Assembly: GCF_006345805.1 (NCBI RefSeq)
Contig: NC_043006.1
Location: 71,610,001 to 71,674,000 of the forward strand
Direction: 5' to 3'
Length of the DNA stretch: 64,000 nt
Source of the DNA: Octopus sinensis
Taxonomy: Eukaryota
The first letter of the stretch is position 1. Every line of letters begins with the position of its first letter. Positions 37,563-50,893 of this stretch are shown here, piece by piece. The translations under genes were made by a program, and so were the position numbers. Under the pieces are notes generated by a model. The model worked only from the letters and a program-made list of their open reading frames with translations. It was not told where the DNA came from and made no database searches.

Positions 37563-38994
37563 GGTTGTGTCTTGTTTTAGGAATGACTAACAAGAAGGTA
37601 ATCCACTGTTACCATGGCTCCCTATTATTGTCAAAGTCAGTAGCTTCACTAAGGCTAACATTACATCTGATTATATCTTGAGAAATATCAGTTGATTCAC
37701 AAGGCTCTTATGCACTAATGCTCTGCAGCTTCATTTTTGTGATTCAAGAGAATGGCCAGCACTATATTTGGTCTTGTCAGTTAATCTTTTTGAACATAAA
37801 ATACCATCAGCTGAGAAAATATCTGCCCTTGCCTGTAGCCATTTTGTTATTTATTCTTTGTAGAAAGGCAGCGAGCTGACAGAATCATTGTCACACTAGG
37901 GAAAATGCTTAGTAGCATTTTATCCATCTTTACGTTCTGAGTTCAAATTCTGCCGTGCTCAACTTAGCCTTTCATCCTTTCGGGATGAAAGCACTGTAAT
38001 CAATTGACTATCCCCTGCCCCAAATTTCAGTCCTTGTGCCTATAGTAGACGGTTATTTATTTTTTGTAGAAGATTAGCTACAATTTGAAATCATAAGTAT
38101 GTGTGTCTAATATATATTCTGCCATGGTCGACTTGGCCTTTCATCCTTTTGGAGTCGATAAATTAAATACCAGTTGCATATTGGGGGTCAATCTAATTGA
38201 CTGGCGTCCTCCCCCAAATTTTCAGGCCTTGTGCCCTGAGTAGAAAAGAATATATTAATGTGTTTTTATGTTCAGCAATAATAAAAGCAGTTTACATAAA
38301 TCTATACTTTTGTAGGATACAAATTATTCTTATTTAAGAACAGTGTATACACACACAAACAAGTGAGTGTGTGTGTATTATCACGATCATCGGTTAATGT
38401 CCGCTTTACATGCTGGCATGGGTCAGACAGTTTGACTGATCTGGCAATGTTTCTACAGCTGGATGATCTTCCTACTGCCAACCATTCTGAAAGTGTAGTG
38501 AGTGCTTTTTACATGCCACCGGCACGGGAACAAGTCGGGGCACTGGCATCGGCCACGCTCAGATGGTGCTTTTTACATGCGACCAGCACGGGAGCCAGTC
38601 AGGTGGACTTGGCATCGATCACGTTCGGATAGTGCTTTTTACATAAAAAGCAGTATCCAAACGTGATGAATGCCAGGGTCACCTGACTGTATGTATATTA
38701 TATATATACACACACATACATACATACATATGTGTTCTTGTTTTGACATTACATGATGGTGTAAATGAGCGTCATGATTATCATGCAAACAAAGTTGTTT
38801 GTTTCTAGCTGTCCAGGAAAAGCATCCAGCTATGGGAAACATATTAACTTGCTTGAAAACAGGAGGTAAGCATTGGTGACGGGAAGAGCATCTGGTCATA
38901 GAAAATCTCCTTCAACAAGTCCTGACTGACCCATATGGACATAAAATGATGAGGTTTCAACTAGAATTTAAATGGTTGTCTTTGCATTTCAGTC

Positions 38995-39239
38995 CAGTGG
39001 TTCCTAACTGTTTTTTACCTGTGGATACCCTTTGATTCTGATTTTACTTCAAGGCACAGAGGACCCTCATAGCCTTTCTATATTTTAAAATACTCCTTTA
39101 TGTTTTTATAATTAAATATTATTAGGAATTGTATAAAATAAATTGTCAAAATATTGTGTCTATTGTAGAATTGTGAACAATTTATTGCACTGAAACTTTA
39201 ACAATGAAATTTTGTATGGACCCTGATTGATAACAACTA
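38995..39239. mobile_element. hAT-like MITE
   Basis: cagtggttc.. start, 8-bp TSD tttcagtc/ttttagtc (7/8). Confidence 0.55.
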
Positions 39240-39267
39240 TTTTAGTCCTTGAAAATTCTAAAATATA

Positions 39268-39504
39268 CAATCGTGGCCAAAAGTTTGGCATATAGATTTG
39301 AAAATTAGAATTTTTATCTTAAATGCTCAAAGTTACATTGAATTGTAATATATTTTTACTTGACCAAAAGTTTGGAACATAAGTCTGAAATTTAGAATTT
39401 TTATATTAAATGCTCAAATGTATATGTTGTATATATTTGATTCAAATTGTGCATGAGCATGATTTAAATTTTTTTTAAATGTTCCAAACTTCTGGCCACA
39501 ACTG
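39268..39504. mobile_element. Tc1-like MITE
   Basis: TA-caatcgtggccaaaagtttgg ... ccaaacttctggccacaactg-TA with an internal direct repeat of the end sequence. Confidence 0.75.
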
Positions 39505-39573
39505 TATCTTCTAAACTTCTTTATGAATTATCCATTTTAATTCTACCTTTTTTTCTCTCCTTCCCACCAACAG

Positions 39574-39719
39574 CACCTTAATTCCACTGAGCATTGTGCA
39601 TTTAGAAAGAATGAAGCTAATTACAAGCAGCTAGACAAACTGATAGATCGTGGTAGAGCTATCCATCAGTTTGTTGAGAATGTTGTGTCTGAAATGGTGT
39701 CTTCATCTGATGACAACAG
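39574..39719 (+). CDS. DBF4: DBF4 exon, second half of motif C zinc finger
   Basis: HLNSTEHCAFRKNEANYKQLDKLI completes CxxC..H..H; caacag acceptor, gtctgt donor, phase 0/2. Confidence 0.92.
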
Positions 39720-41430
39720 GTCTGTATTACCATTTACACTTCAGATATGTATGTATGCATTTATACAGTTTCACAGATATGTATACGTAATTGAACACAC
39801 ATAAACATATACACACACAAACATGGAAACTAATATGAACCATAGCCATCAACAGGGTAGCATGGAGAAAGAGAATGCTTATTTTATGCCATCTTGTATT
39901 AAGTGGAAAATATAATATAATATATATATATAAGAAGGTTCTGTCACTTTCTATCAACTACATACTCTCACAAGGCTTTGGTTGTTGTGTATATGTACTT
40001 CTATTAAGGCATGAGAAGAATGAAACTTCTTAAAGCAGTTTGCTTTGGCTAGGTGCTCTTGCTAATGCTATCCCTTAACTGTTTTTTCCCAAGTGTCAGT
40101 GTAGGTGCACGCACGCACACACACACACATATATTATCATGAAATTCTACATTGCAAAGCATATTTTCCTGTTGACTTTATTTAACAAAGACCACTAGAG
40201 AAAGAAGGTTTTGCATCAAGGAATTTCATGTCACAGCAGGATTTACAGGAATACAACTCTTATGTAACATGGAATACCTGAATTTTAATAACTGAGGGAA
40301 ATTATCAAGACTGTATTATGAAATATATTCTTCTCTACACTAGAGGTACAAAGTCAACCTTGATGGAATTTGAAATCAGCTTGTAAAGACAGACAAAATA
40401 CTGCTAAGCATTTCGCCCGGCATGCTAACATTTTTGCCAGCTCAATGCCTTAAAGAATATTCTAGCACAAGGTTCAAAATGTTTGGGGAGGCAGCCAGTC
40501 AATTAGGTTTACCCTAGTACGCAACTGGTACTTAATCCATCCACTCCAAAAGGATGAAAGGCAAAGTTGGCCTCAGTGAAATTTGAACTCAGAACATAAA
40601 GATAGACGATATACCGCTAAGCATTTCGCCTGGTGTGCTAATGTTTCTGCCAGCTCACCACCTTGTATTATGAAATATGTTATTTAGAACTGATGGCATC
40701 TACTGAAATTATTTATTTTAAACCATTTACATGTGCGTGTGTGTCATCATCATACATCAGTTTATCTGTTTTCCAAAGATGCAGTCATGGCTCTAATGTT
40801 AAGTTTGCTTCTCAACCATATGGTTTTGGGTTCAGTTTCATTGTAAGCCCTGGTTAGCCAATGTCTAGCAAATGGATTTTGTAGCGGGAAACTGTGTGAA
40901 GTCCATTGTGTGTGTATTTGTGTGCGAATGTTTACATAAAAATAACCTCTCTGCGTTTTAAACAGTGAAGTTGTCATTTTTTTTTTTCTGGTTTTACACT
41001 TTTGGAGTTATATGATATGAAGCCACCCTTTATCTGGAAAACATGTAAAGCAACATCAAAGGTATCCTGTTGTAAAATAAATATCTGAATAATATATGTT
41101 TGTCTAACTCATACTACACGGACATAAAAATGAACAAACTAATATATTTGGATGGTTTAGATCAATTTATTTGTTGGTGCAAATGTTTTTATTACAAGAA
41201 AGCTCTATTTACCGTCTTACTGCTATCCAGCTGTGAAATAAGAGTAGCGGAGTCAGTATCTTGTTCAAGGGACATAACCCAATCACATTGGTATGATGAG
41301 AACTTACAACCATATTGTCACTAGATCAGCACTTTAACTCGACGTTATTATGCATGTAAATAATATTTGTGACTAAACGTGATGTATCTTGTGACCATTT
41401 TTTTTAATTGTTAAATTTTGTTTTTTCTAG

Positions 41431-42628
41431 TGAACGAGATTATGAATTCTCTGAATCAACAGACAAAGTGATGCTACTTTCTTTGAAAAATTCTAGCCCA
41501 GATGCTCAACAAACCAAAAGACAGTCTGAAAAACATTGTCATTCCCTAACAGCGCATTCATTGTCTTCCTGTGATGTCTCCATAGAAGATGTTACTACAA
41601 AGAACCTATTGATGAAAGAATCTGATGCTCAGTCACTGGCCTTGGAAAATCCTCAAACACCATTAAAGAAAGTTTCTCAAATTACAAAGAGGGCTTCAGA
41701 AAATTCTTGGAAAAGTCCTACTCGAAGTCCATTTAAATGTTTGTTTAATTCACCTAGTCGCTTGGATCGCCATTGCAATGATAAACCTCCACTTTGTAAT
41801 AAACAGGCCAAACAGACTGCTGTTTCATTGTCAGCTATGACTGCTAAGGCAGAACCTTTAATTTCACCTTCAAAACCCTTAGAATTTCCAAACAAAATAA
41901 AAAGACATTTATCAACCCTGCAAAACGACATCCCACCTGACTGTACTGCTCCTAGTAAGTCACTAAAAAATTCGGAACAGGAAAATTACAAACCTTCTGT
42001 AAATTGTCTTCCACCACAACTAGAAAAGTTCCCAATCCCCAAATGTAACAAAGCACCAAAGAGTGAAAAACATGTTTGTTTGAGTGAACAGCAAAAGACC
42101 ATAAAATCCCCTGTTGGCAATGTATGCCTTAATCTATCACCACCAGTTCTGGAGAAGTGGGATAAATTAACAACAAATCATTCTCCAGAAAATAGCCCAG
42201 AAGCCAATCACACTGTTCAGGTTAAGCGTAGCTTTCGGTCATCCTCCCACAAGAAACCACAATCTAAACGTCAGCGTTTGGTCAAGCTTGGAGAAAAATG
42301 GCAGGTTTTGAGCCAACAAAGTGTGAAGAAGATATTGTTTAATGATGAATCGCCTGAGTCATTCATAGGTTTCCATCCCCAGGAAATCTTTAAGAGTGAT
42401 TATTCTTCAGATATTTCTTTTGAAACTGTTTCTGAAGTACTTCTTACTGATCATTCTGATTTCGAATGGACTTTAGGTAACAGTGATGGCCCTTTCAGTG
42501 AGCCATCCTCACAAACAGCTGGTGGTCACCGAACATCATTCTCTTGGATTCAGTACAAGAAGCTTGTTCTAATCATGAAGTCTCAGTTCGCCATAGTCCA
42601 AATACAGAAAAGAAATCCTCTCCTTTGA
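41431..42628 (+). CDS. DBF4: DBF4 terminal exon, first reading frame (gives a 790-aa protein if read to the stop)
   Basis: ttctag acceptor, phase 2 gives S-E-R-D-Y in the 41408 ORF; S/P/K-rich with SP/TP sites. Confidence 0.85.
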
Positions 42629-44601
42629 CTCAAATTCCTGAAGGTGGCAGTACTTACACCTGTTCTCCTACAGAATCTGTCACCAGGCCCAAGTCTACTA
42701 CTGTTCCAAATTCTTCACATTTGTTGAATGAAGATTCTCTTGATAAGCCGGAAACCACATCTGACCAGAAACTTTATGGTAAGTCAGTAAAAGATCCTAC
42801 AGATGCTAGTCTCCAACACACTTCACCAATTAGTATCCCTGTTCAGAGTTTTCCGACCCCTCTTATCCAAGACATACAGTTTCCTACACATCTAAATTTT
42901 CAGAATCTGGACTCCGTTGCATCTTCAGTTTATAATTTTAATACTGTAGAAACTCCTTTCCCTTCACAGGTACCACCTACCTCAATCAACACTTACAACA
43001 ACCTGCCGTGTACTGACATGGGCTGTCTACCGAACTCTACTACCATTTCAACTGTACAGTCATTTCAGATCTTCTCTCCAGTATTTTCCTGTGAAGACTC
43101 TGAACTTCCAGCCATGCCATCAGTGTCTAATCAGGTTCAACTGCCTCAACATGTTGCCGACTTCAAGTCTCAAGACCAAAATATCTCAGAAGACAGTCAT
43201 GCAGCTGTAGACTTCCAAAACCTCTTGCCTCCTACTCTTACTAGTATAAACGAACAAACATTCACTACCGCTTCCCCTTTTCAATCTAATGAGGCCCAGC
43301 TTCCATTGAATTCTACTGCAACCTATGATCCGCTGCCTGTATTAAACTTTGAAAGTTCATTTAACTTACCTGTGCAAAATTTCGAGATGTTACCAAATCT
43401 TGTAACTGCTGTTGAAGTAAACACTACATTTTCACCAATATCAACAATACTTACTGCTCCTCTGACAGCTGAAACCAATTTCTCACCAAGTATTTCTACA
43501 GAATTACCTCACCAATCTCAGTGTGACTCTGCACAGAATGCTGGCACTATTGGTGCTGATATTGAGCAAATATCTGAAACTGCTGTTGCAGTACTAGATT
43601 GTTTATCTGATAATGAAGGACAAACACAAAATGTCAGTAATGTAGATCATCAACATCAACCAGTGCAAGTGACAGAGCTAGCTGCTTCATCTTCATCATC
43701 TTCAAGCTTCTTTGACTCTTCTGCTAGCTCAGAGTTAAATCCATCACTAACTTCAGAACAACAAGAGGTTTCACCAGTTATTGGTTTTGTCTCGTTATCT
43801 AACTTTGCGACATCACACATCGAAGATTGTGGAATGTCAGTTCGTCGTGATTTCAGAATTCAACCTTCCATGCTATCTCATTCAACAGAATCATCATCAA
43901 AGTCTGCAAATTCTGTCACACAGAAGTGTAAGCCAAGTAAAAAGCTCTGTGGTTTTGTTACTGGTTACCAGGATTCTAAACAAACTATAGATAATAGCTC
44001 AGTCCCTCTGGTAACACACAGTGATTTGCTGTCTGATTACAAAAGCTCTCAGTATAGTAGTACATGTTCTTCAGATCCTCAGGTGTCTAATAGCACCAAC
44101 ACCTCCAAAAGTGAAAGTGATACAATTGACTCATTGGTGAAGCTAGCTGCGGACAATACAGAAGATGCTGCATCAGATGAGACTGTAGCAACTTCAGACT
44201 GGAATACTTTAAAGAACGACAGTTATGCTGATGTCAAAGACAGCGGCTTTCTCAGCATTGAAGAAATAACGCCTAAAAAATCTCCCATGTTAACTGATTC
44301 TAAAAGCAGTGAATTTTCCAAAAAGTTTTCTGCCCTGGCTAAACCATGTTCGGTGGTACTGGAAAAAACAGATTTGCTTCTGGCTGGTTTCTCACACAAG
44401 GCTCTTGACAAACAGAACATTTTTTCAGTTAAACGAGCTAACAGTACACTGAACAAGACTCCAGAAGCAGTTTCAAAGCCAAGACTTTTAAAACGTCTGT
44501 CAGACACACACAAGACATTTCGGTTAGACTACATACCCAGCGGCAACACAAACCGCAGGTTGACACCACGTATGTCTACCTACAGGACACGGTGTAAATG
44601 A
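42544..44601 (+). CDS. DBF4: DBF4 C-terminal extension in the -1 frame (open 42502-44601, ~700 codons)
   Basis: 2.1 kb stop-free S/T/P/D-rich frame overlapping the previous ORF; too long to be chance in AT-rich DNA; mode of joining unresolved. Confidence 0.75.
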   Translation: MDSVQEACSNHEVSVRHSPNTEKKSSPLTQIPEGGSTYTCSPTESVTRPKSTTVPNSSHLLNEDSLDKPETTSDQKLYGKSVKDPTDASLQHTSPISIPVQSFPTPLIQDIQFPTHLNFQNLDSVASSVYNFNTVETPFPSQVPPTSINTYNNLPCTDMGCLPNSTTISTVQSFQIFSPVFSCEDSELPAMPSVSNQVQLPQHVADFKSQDQNISEDSHAAVDFQNLLPPTLTSINEQTFTTASPFQSNEAQLPLNSTATYDPLPVLNFESSFNLPVQNFEMLPNLVTAVEVNTTFSPISTILTAPLTAETNFSPSISTELPHQSQCDSAQNAGTIGADIEQISETAVAVLDCLSDNEGQTQNVSNVDHQHQPVQVTELAASSSSSSSFFDSSASSELNPSLTSEQQEVSPVIGFVSLSNFATSHIEDCGMSVRRDFRIQPSMLSHSTESSSKSANSVTQKCKPSKKLCGFVTGYQDSKQTIDNSSVPLVTHSDLLSDYKSSQYSSTCSSDPQVSNSTNTSKSESDTIDSLVKLAADNTEDAASDETVATSDWNTLKNDSYADVKDSGFLSIEEITPKKSPMLTDSKSSEFSKKFSALAKPCSVVLEKTDLLLAGFSHKALDKQNIFSVKRANSTLNKTPEAVSKPRLLKRLSDTHKTFRLDYIPSGNTNRRLTPRMSTYRTRCK

Positions 44602-45530
44602 CAGCAATGTTAATGATTGGATAGACTACGGTGTGATGGGTAAAGATAGATTAACCTGTGTGACATTATGGGTAAACTGCAGGGCTTGTGTGGCAGTGTG
44701 GCTAGATGACGTAATTGTATGGTGGCAGGGTTAGATAGAGCTGGCAGATAGCAGTGGAACATGTTAGTCTGATTAGATATCTGGATATGCTGATTTCCCT
44801 ACTACCCATCAATAACCCTGTCTATTGATAAGCACTTTGATAGTTTGTGGTCGGTCTGGGAGGATAGAAGATATTCACATAACTGAGTAGATTGATTGTA
44901 CTTTTTAATGTAACAGTGTCTGTGTATACAGTATTATGGTTAATCCAGCTGTATATAGACAGGAATATTGGTAGTGATTGACCTTTACATGTAGACAAAC
45001 ACAGATGGAGTGAAAAAGAGAGTGAGACTGTTCCTAACATGTTTATCAGAATCACCCCTCCCCACTTATTGCTGCTGGTTTTCACAAATATAATCACAAG
45101 GATATCTCCATTATAATTGTTCTTGTTTGACAGTATCCTGGGTGACTGTTAATGTCTCCATAATAAAATATGCTGGTTAACATTTGTTAAACGTTTGATT
45201 TCTCATCAAGCAGCTCATGTTAGGTATTTAAATATTTCCACTAAATAACTTAATGCTAATTAGCAATATTCATTTTTTTTTTTTTTTTTTTTAGTGATGT
45301 CATGGTTAACCAATGTTAGCCCATCACTGCATTAAACGGTCACTGGGTTCCAGATGTAATTTTTTGGGGTGTAGTATGGAGGGCATTCTTTCTTTGAATG
45401 ATAATCTCTGAATAAGCTTGCAAAATGGGTTGAAATTGGGGTGTGGTACTTGCCTCCACTGAAGTTTCCCTGGCAAATAATTAGCCAATTATAGTGGTTT
45501 TACCACCCCTGAGGAAATATAATTCTGAAA

Positions 45531-45945
45531 CTGAAGTAATGTCTGAATGTTAGCCTTGCATGGGAATCAAATTTGCCACCACTGTGTTAGGAAATTCAAT
45601 ACTGTTACTGAAATAATGGATTGATTGTTGTTAGTCTTGTACTGAAAGAATACATCTACCATTGCTGAAGGGTGATTTGTTATTGACAATGAAATAATGG
45701 GTTGTTGTTAGCCCTGAGTTAAAGGAAAACATCACCAATGATGGGGAAGTCATACACTTATTGATATTTATGTGTCATAAGTCCTCTGCTGGAAGAAAAC
45801 ATCAACCACTGGCAGGGGAAATTCATCCTTTTGCTGAAATTATGGGTGATTGTTAAGCCCTGTGCCGGAAGTAAACCTCGAACACTGCTTAAGGAGCACA
45901 TTTCACAGAAATATCAATACATAAATGTTTTGCCTTGTACTGTAA
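45531..45945. repeat. Degenerate ~72-81 bp tandem repeat, 5-6 units
   Basis: Recurring ctgaaataatgg..ttgttagcc(c/t)tg..g.aa.aaacatc.accactg at ~45531, 45608, 45689, 45761, 45834. Confidence 0.6.
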
Positions 45946-46893
45946 AACTAATAATTATCAGTGAAATGATAATGACTATATTGCATAAATGATAATTTTA
46001 ATTTAAAGAAGAAGCAAAAAAAGAATCTTTCGAGAAATAATAAAAAGAAATATTAACCTACTAACATTGAGAGTACCTTTTGTTGGGGAGATGAAAGATG
46101 AGTTTTTATGTTGCATAACTTTAACAAATTGACATATCGCAATGTTTATGTATTATATTGTGTATATATGTGAAAGTGTGTGTGTGTGTGTAGAAATGTA
46201 TTTAGACACTTAGACATCATTAGTGTATGAAGTTAAACTAGAGTTAGTCTCATTATGAATGAAATAATAATTTTTGCGTGTGTGTGTGTGTGTGTGTGTG
46301 AAATTAAATTTTATCTCGATTCTATATGCCTCCTATTTCTTTGTTTCTTTTTTTTCTCCCCTCTCTTCATTTGTTGATTTTAAAATCAGTTTAGAATTTT
46401 CAACATTACTCTTAACAAAAACTATTATTTGTATATTTGTTATTTAACACTGATTCATAATCACTGATCCAGGATATCACTGTATGGTCAATTGGGAGCA
46501 CCCTTCGAACTTTGGACCTCAGGGAGGCAGTGACAAGTGACCAAGACCTTTGGTAATATACAGTGTTTGAGCAGACTTGTCGAGCCAAGTGAGATCACAG
46601 TTGTGTCTGATACTGGCACCCATGCTAGTGGCACATAAAAGGCACCAACTATACTCTTGAAGTGGGTGGCATTAGGAAGGACATCCAGCTGTAGAAACCA
46701 TGACTGGAACCTGGGGCAGCTTACCAGTTTTCAGTCAAACCGTCCAACCCATGCCATCATGGAAAATGGGCATTAAATGATGTTATGCTTATCATGAATT
46801 GATCTGTAATAACACGGGTTATCAGTTTCCAATAAAAAGAAAAGAATTCCAGCAATCATCCAGAATGCACTGACTATAACTTGTGTTGTAAAC

Positions 46894-47145
46894 TAGTGGT
46901 TCCCAAACTTTTTCAGGATGCTGCCCCACTCATACCTAGGCCACATTCCAAGTGCCCTACCCCACCTTCACTCAGCACCATAAACATAGACCACTTTCTG
47001 AAGCAAATTCAAAACAAACTATTTATTTCACCAATAAAACTTAACCTAATTAAACCATTTTTTTGTTATTTTTACATTCATTGTCCTTTTTGGCCACCCC
47101 ATTATTGCTCCAGTGGGGCAGTACCAGCCACTTTGGGAATCACTG
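46894..47145. mobile_element. hAT (Charlie-like) MITE
   Basis: tagtggttcccaaact ... actttgggaatcactg; TSD ttgtaaac/ctgtgaac (6/8); partial related copy at ~3883-4025. Confidence 0.65.
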
Positions 47146-47739
47146 CTGTGAACCATGTTACGCTTATCATAGATTGGTCTGTGATAATAGTTCAGCAATC
47201 AGTAAAAGGTTCTGCTTATATCACAAAAACGTGTCCCAGCGACTATCTACAATTCACTGATTATTGCTTGTGTTTATATGGCTGCATAATTTTGTATATA
47301 TATTTATGTACGTGTACTCAATATGGGACCAGTGAACAGAAAAAATACAAAGGTACCTAATCCTATCTAATGGCACAGATGAGTGTATTGTCGATATAGA
47401 AAAGTTAAGATAAACTCAAGGCAATACATAACTGAATCTGCGCTGCTCTGAGTCTGGTGTTAATGAATCTACCATTTCCATTCACAAAATGCATCAAGAT
47501 TAATTTTCTTTTTTATTTTTAATCAAACCCCTGTGATAAACAAAGATGTACTAAATAACCTTTCTTCCTGTTATGCATGTGAATTCTATTGTTTAAAAAT
47601 TCATTTTTGCTCTCAACATAACAATGTTAGCCCCCAGTTAACTGTGTTGAGGAAGCATGAATGTTACAACATGATAACTATGTTAAAAGTTTGTTTCTTT
47701 AGTCATTTCAAAACCATCAGTTGCTTCAGTTCTATATTT

Positions 47740-47930
47740 AAGATTCTAAGGTCGATTCCAAGCAGTGACCTGAACACTAATAATAATAATAACATCGAAA
47801 AAATACCTTAGGAATGAGAACCCAGGTTCGAAATTTCCGCAAGACATCTGAAGAAGGCTGGAGGGTATATCAGCCGAAACATGTTAACAAACAAGATGAG
47901 GACAAATATGCATCGAATGTAAATAATGCA
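47740..47930 (+). mobile_element. 5'-truncated copy of the hammerhead-containing SINE-like element
   Basis: ggtcgattcc B-box-like, (AAT)n, gacat-CTGAAGA-a-ggctg..cagcc-GAAAC-atgtt (3 nt missing at the cleavage site). Confidence 0.7.
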
Positions 47931-50020
47931 CATCAGATGCTTATTGTCCAGTATTTAATTTCAGGTTTTGTAGTGTTACATGCATTTTGATGATAACAAG
48001 CAAACATTCCTCCTGGATTAGCTGCTAGTCTCTTGCAGATAACATTCTCAAACATCCCATTGTAGTCAGTTAGATGAACTGCTACATACAAAATGAATAA
48101 AGTAGCTTTCCCAGAAATCTTGAAAAATACCTGTAATACATTTGAACTCTTGAACTGGTGACTCACTGTTGTATATATGTGGCTAAACTGGGTTTTTTAC
48201 CCTGTGCTCATAAGCAGAAATAGGGTATTGTTATTATTCATCTTTGTGTTTGCAAAAGTACTGGAAAATGGCTGAACAGATTTTCACCACATTTGGCAGA
48301 AATACTCATTGGGTGAGTGGCTTGAAATGATGAGAATTTGGTTTGATTATCTTTTAAAAAGTAGTTTGATTAAACTTGCAAATTTCCCAATAAGCAAGTG
48401 GTCATATGTTGTTCACTTACTTTTTCTTATGAATCGACCCTTGTCTGTATATAGATCATGGTGTACCTATGTATATAGACGTGTGTATACATATATAGAT
48501 ATACAACTGTGTGGACAGTGATGGATTCAAGAGTTTTGTTAATTTATGACTTGATTCTTAATTTTACAGGAGTACAAGTACTTATAATAGTAATACTTTT
48601 TTTAAAAATGGATTCAGTTCAATTAAAAAGCTTGGGTAGGCAATGCATTGTAAGCCACACTATAATTTGCAAAAAAATTTATCTGCAAGCAGGGTATGCA
48701 TTGCCCCTCCAATGCCTTTCTTTCCCATTTTGTTTGTAAAGTTCTAACTTCTTTTGGGAATACCATGAGTGGTCCATTTCTCCGTCCATCCTTATCAATA
48801 TGAGGCCTTTTGTCTCTGAGGAACCATTGTTATGTATGGAAATAGATTTTTTTAAAAGTGGTGAAGCATCAAACCAAGTTATCTTGTGGTATTTAGTTAC
48901 ATCCCTTCATAGTCTGCACTCAAATTTCACTGATGTCAGTAAAGTACCAGTTAAGTACTGGGGCTGGTTAAATTACCACTAAGTATGCTAATGATTCTGC
49001 TAGCTTGCCATCTAAATGATAATTGTTTCAAATTTTGGCAAATAATCAGCAATTTTAGAGGAGTGTGTAGGTTAATTAAACCAATCCCAGTGCTTAAGTA
49101 GTACTTATTGACTCTGATACAATTGAACGTAGACTGATGGCAATTATATTGACCTCTGCCTTACCATATTTAGTTGCATTCCATTTTCATTCTGAGTTCA
49201 AATCTTTGTACTTTTAATCCTTCTAGAGACAGTCTGAAGTACTCTTTTTCTCCGTACACCAACCTCTTTACACAAAATCAGTCATCTTGTACCACTAATA
49301 TCACAAGTTAATTGCTTATTTGTCTTTAGCTCAATTTGTCAGCAATAGCATTGTTGGGTTCAGATTTCCAATAGACCAACTTCAGGTTTATTGTATGATG
49401 GTGCGAGAGATAAGATAGTGTCAATAGCTGCAGAACAAATATGTTGAGGGATTTCATTCATAAAGCACCAGTTTCTGGTTTTCTCAACTGCTTATATATC
49501 CTTAATTCATCATCATCGTTTAACGTCCACTTTCCATGTTGGCATGGGTTTGACTGAGGACTGGTAAGCCAGAAGGCTACACCAGGCTCCAATCTGATCT
49601 GGCATGGTTTCTACAGCTGGATGCCCTTCCTTATGCCAACCACTCTGAGAGTGTAGTAGGTGCTTTTTACATACCACTGGCAATGACCATGCTCGAATGG
49701 TGCTTTCTATATGCCATCAGTATGGGAGCCAGTCAGGTGGCACTAAATATTTGGAAATAACTTAATCAACCTCAGTACAAGAATAGTCATTTACTGACAC
49801 AACAGTTACTAAATAAATTCATCTGTTGTTGCAGGATTTGGACACCGAATGTTTTTGTTAACATCAATAAAAGATACATTGATATGTTTATCACCACATG
49901 TACCACCGATGGTTCATTGGAAACTTCACTCAACTACCATATGCATTGCCAGTGGTGCATTTCCATAATTTGAGAAAACATTTTATTCTGTATCTTTGAC
50001 AAGCTTTCAAGGATATTTAA

Positions 50021-50893
50021 TCCCTTAGCATTCAAACAGCCATATCCAGCCCAAATATTCCATTTTGTTCAAAGTGACCAGGTCCAGCCTCTTAGATCTA
50101 TCCTCCATTGTCATTATGAAAATAAATTTTCATATCATAGAAATCTCAAAACTATGAGATAATTCACAACTAATTCAAAACAATGGAAATAAATAAGCAG
50201 GAGTGGCTGTGTGGTAAGAAGCTTACTTCCCAACCATATGGTTCTGGGTTCAGTCCCACGGCATGGCACCTTGGGCAAGTGTCTTCTACTATGGTCTCGG
50301 GCCGACCAAAGCCTTGTCAGTGGATTTGGTAGATGGAAACTGAAAGAAGCCCATCATGTATATGTTTGTGTGTCTGTGTTTGCCCCACTAGTGTTGGTGT
50401 GTTTATGTTCCTGTAGCTTAGCAGTTCAGCAAAAGAAACTAAAAGAATAAGTCCTGGGGTTAATCTGTTCGACTAAAGGTAGTGCTCCAGCATGGTTGCA
50501 GTCAAATAACTAAAACAAGTAAAAGAAGATAAGAATTACATTTGACAGAAGTGAAGGCACATGGCTCAGTGGTTAGGGTATTCAGCTTGCAATTGCATGG
50601 TCGTGAGTTCAATTCCAACTCATTGTATCCTTGAACAAGTCACTTTATCTCACGTTGCTCCAGTCCACACAGCTGGCAAAAATGAGTAGTACCTGTATTT
50701 CGAAGGGCCAGCCTTGTTACACTGTGTCATGCTCAGTCTCCCTGAGAACTATGTCAAGAGTACATATGTCTGTGGAGTGCTCAGCCACATGTACATTAAT
50801 TTCAGAAGCAGGCTGTTCCATTGATTGCATCAACTGGAACCAATGGAGTGCCAATATACATACATTTGACAGAATAATTTGAATAATGAAGGG
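50021..50893. mobile_element. piggyBac-type MITE with two nested SINEs
   Basis: ttaa-tcccttagcattc ... gaataatgaaggg-ttaa; inner SINE 50551-50860 flanked by 14-bp TSD tacatttgacagaa. Confidence 0.6.

Noticed and set aside
42502-42628. Programmed -1 ribosomal frameshift in DBF4
   Set aside because: No canonical slippery heptamer seen in the overlap
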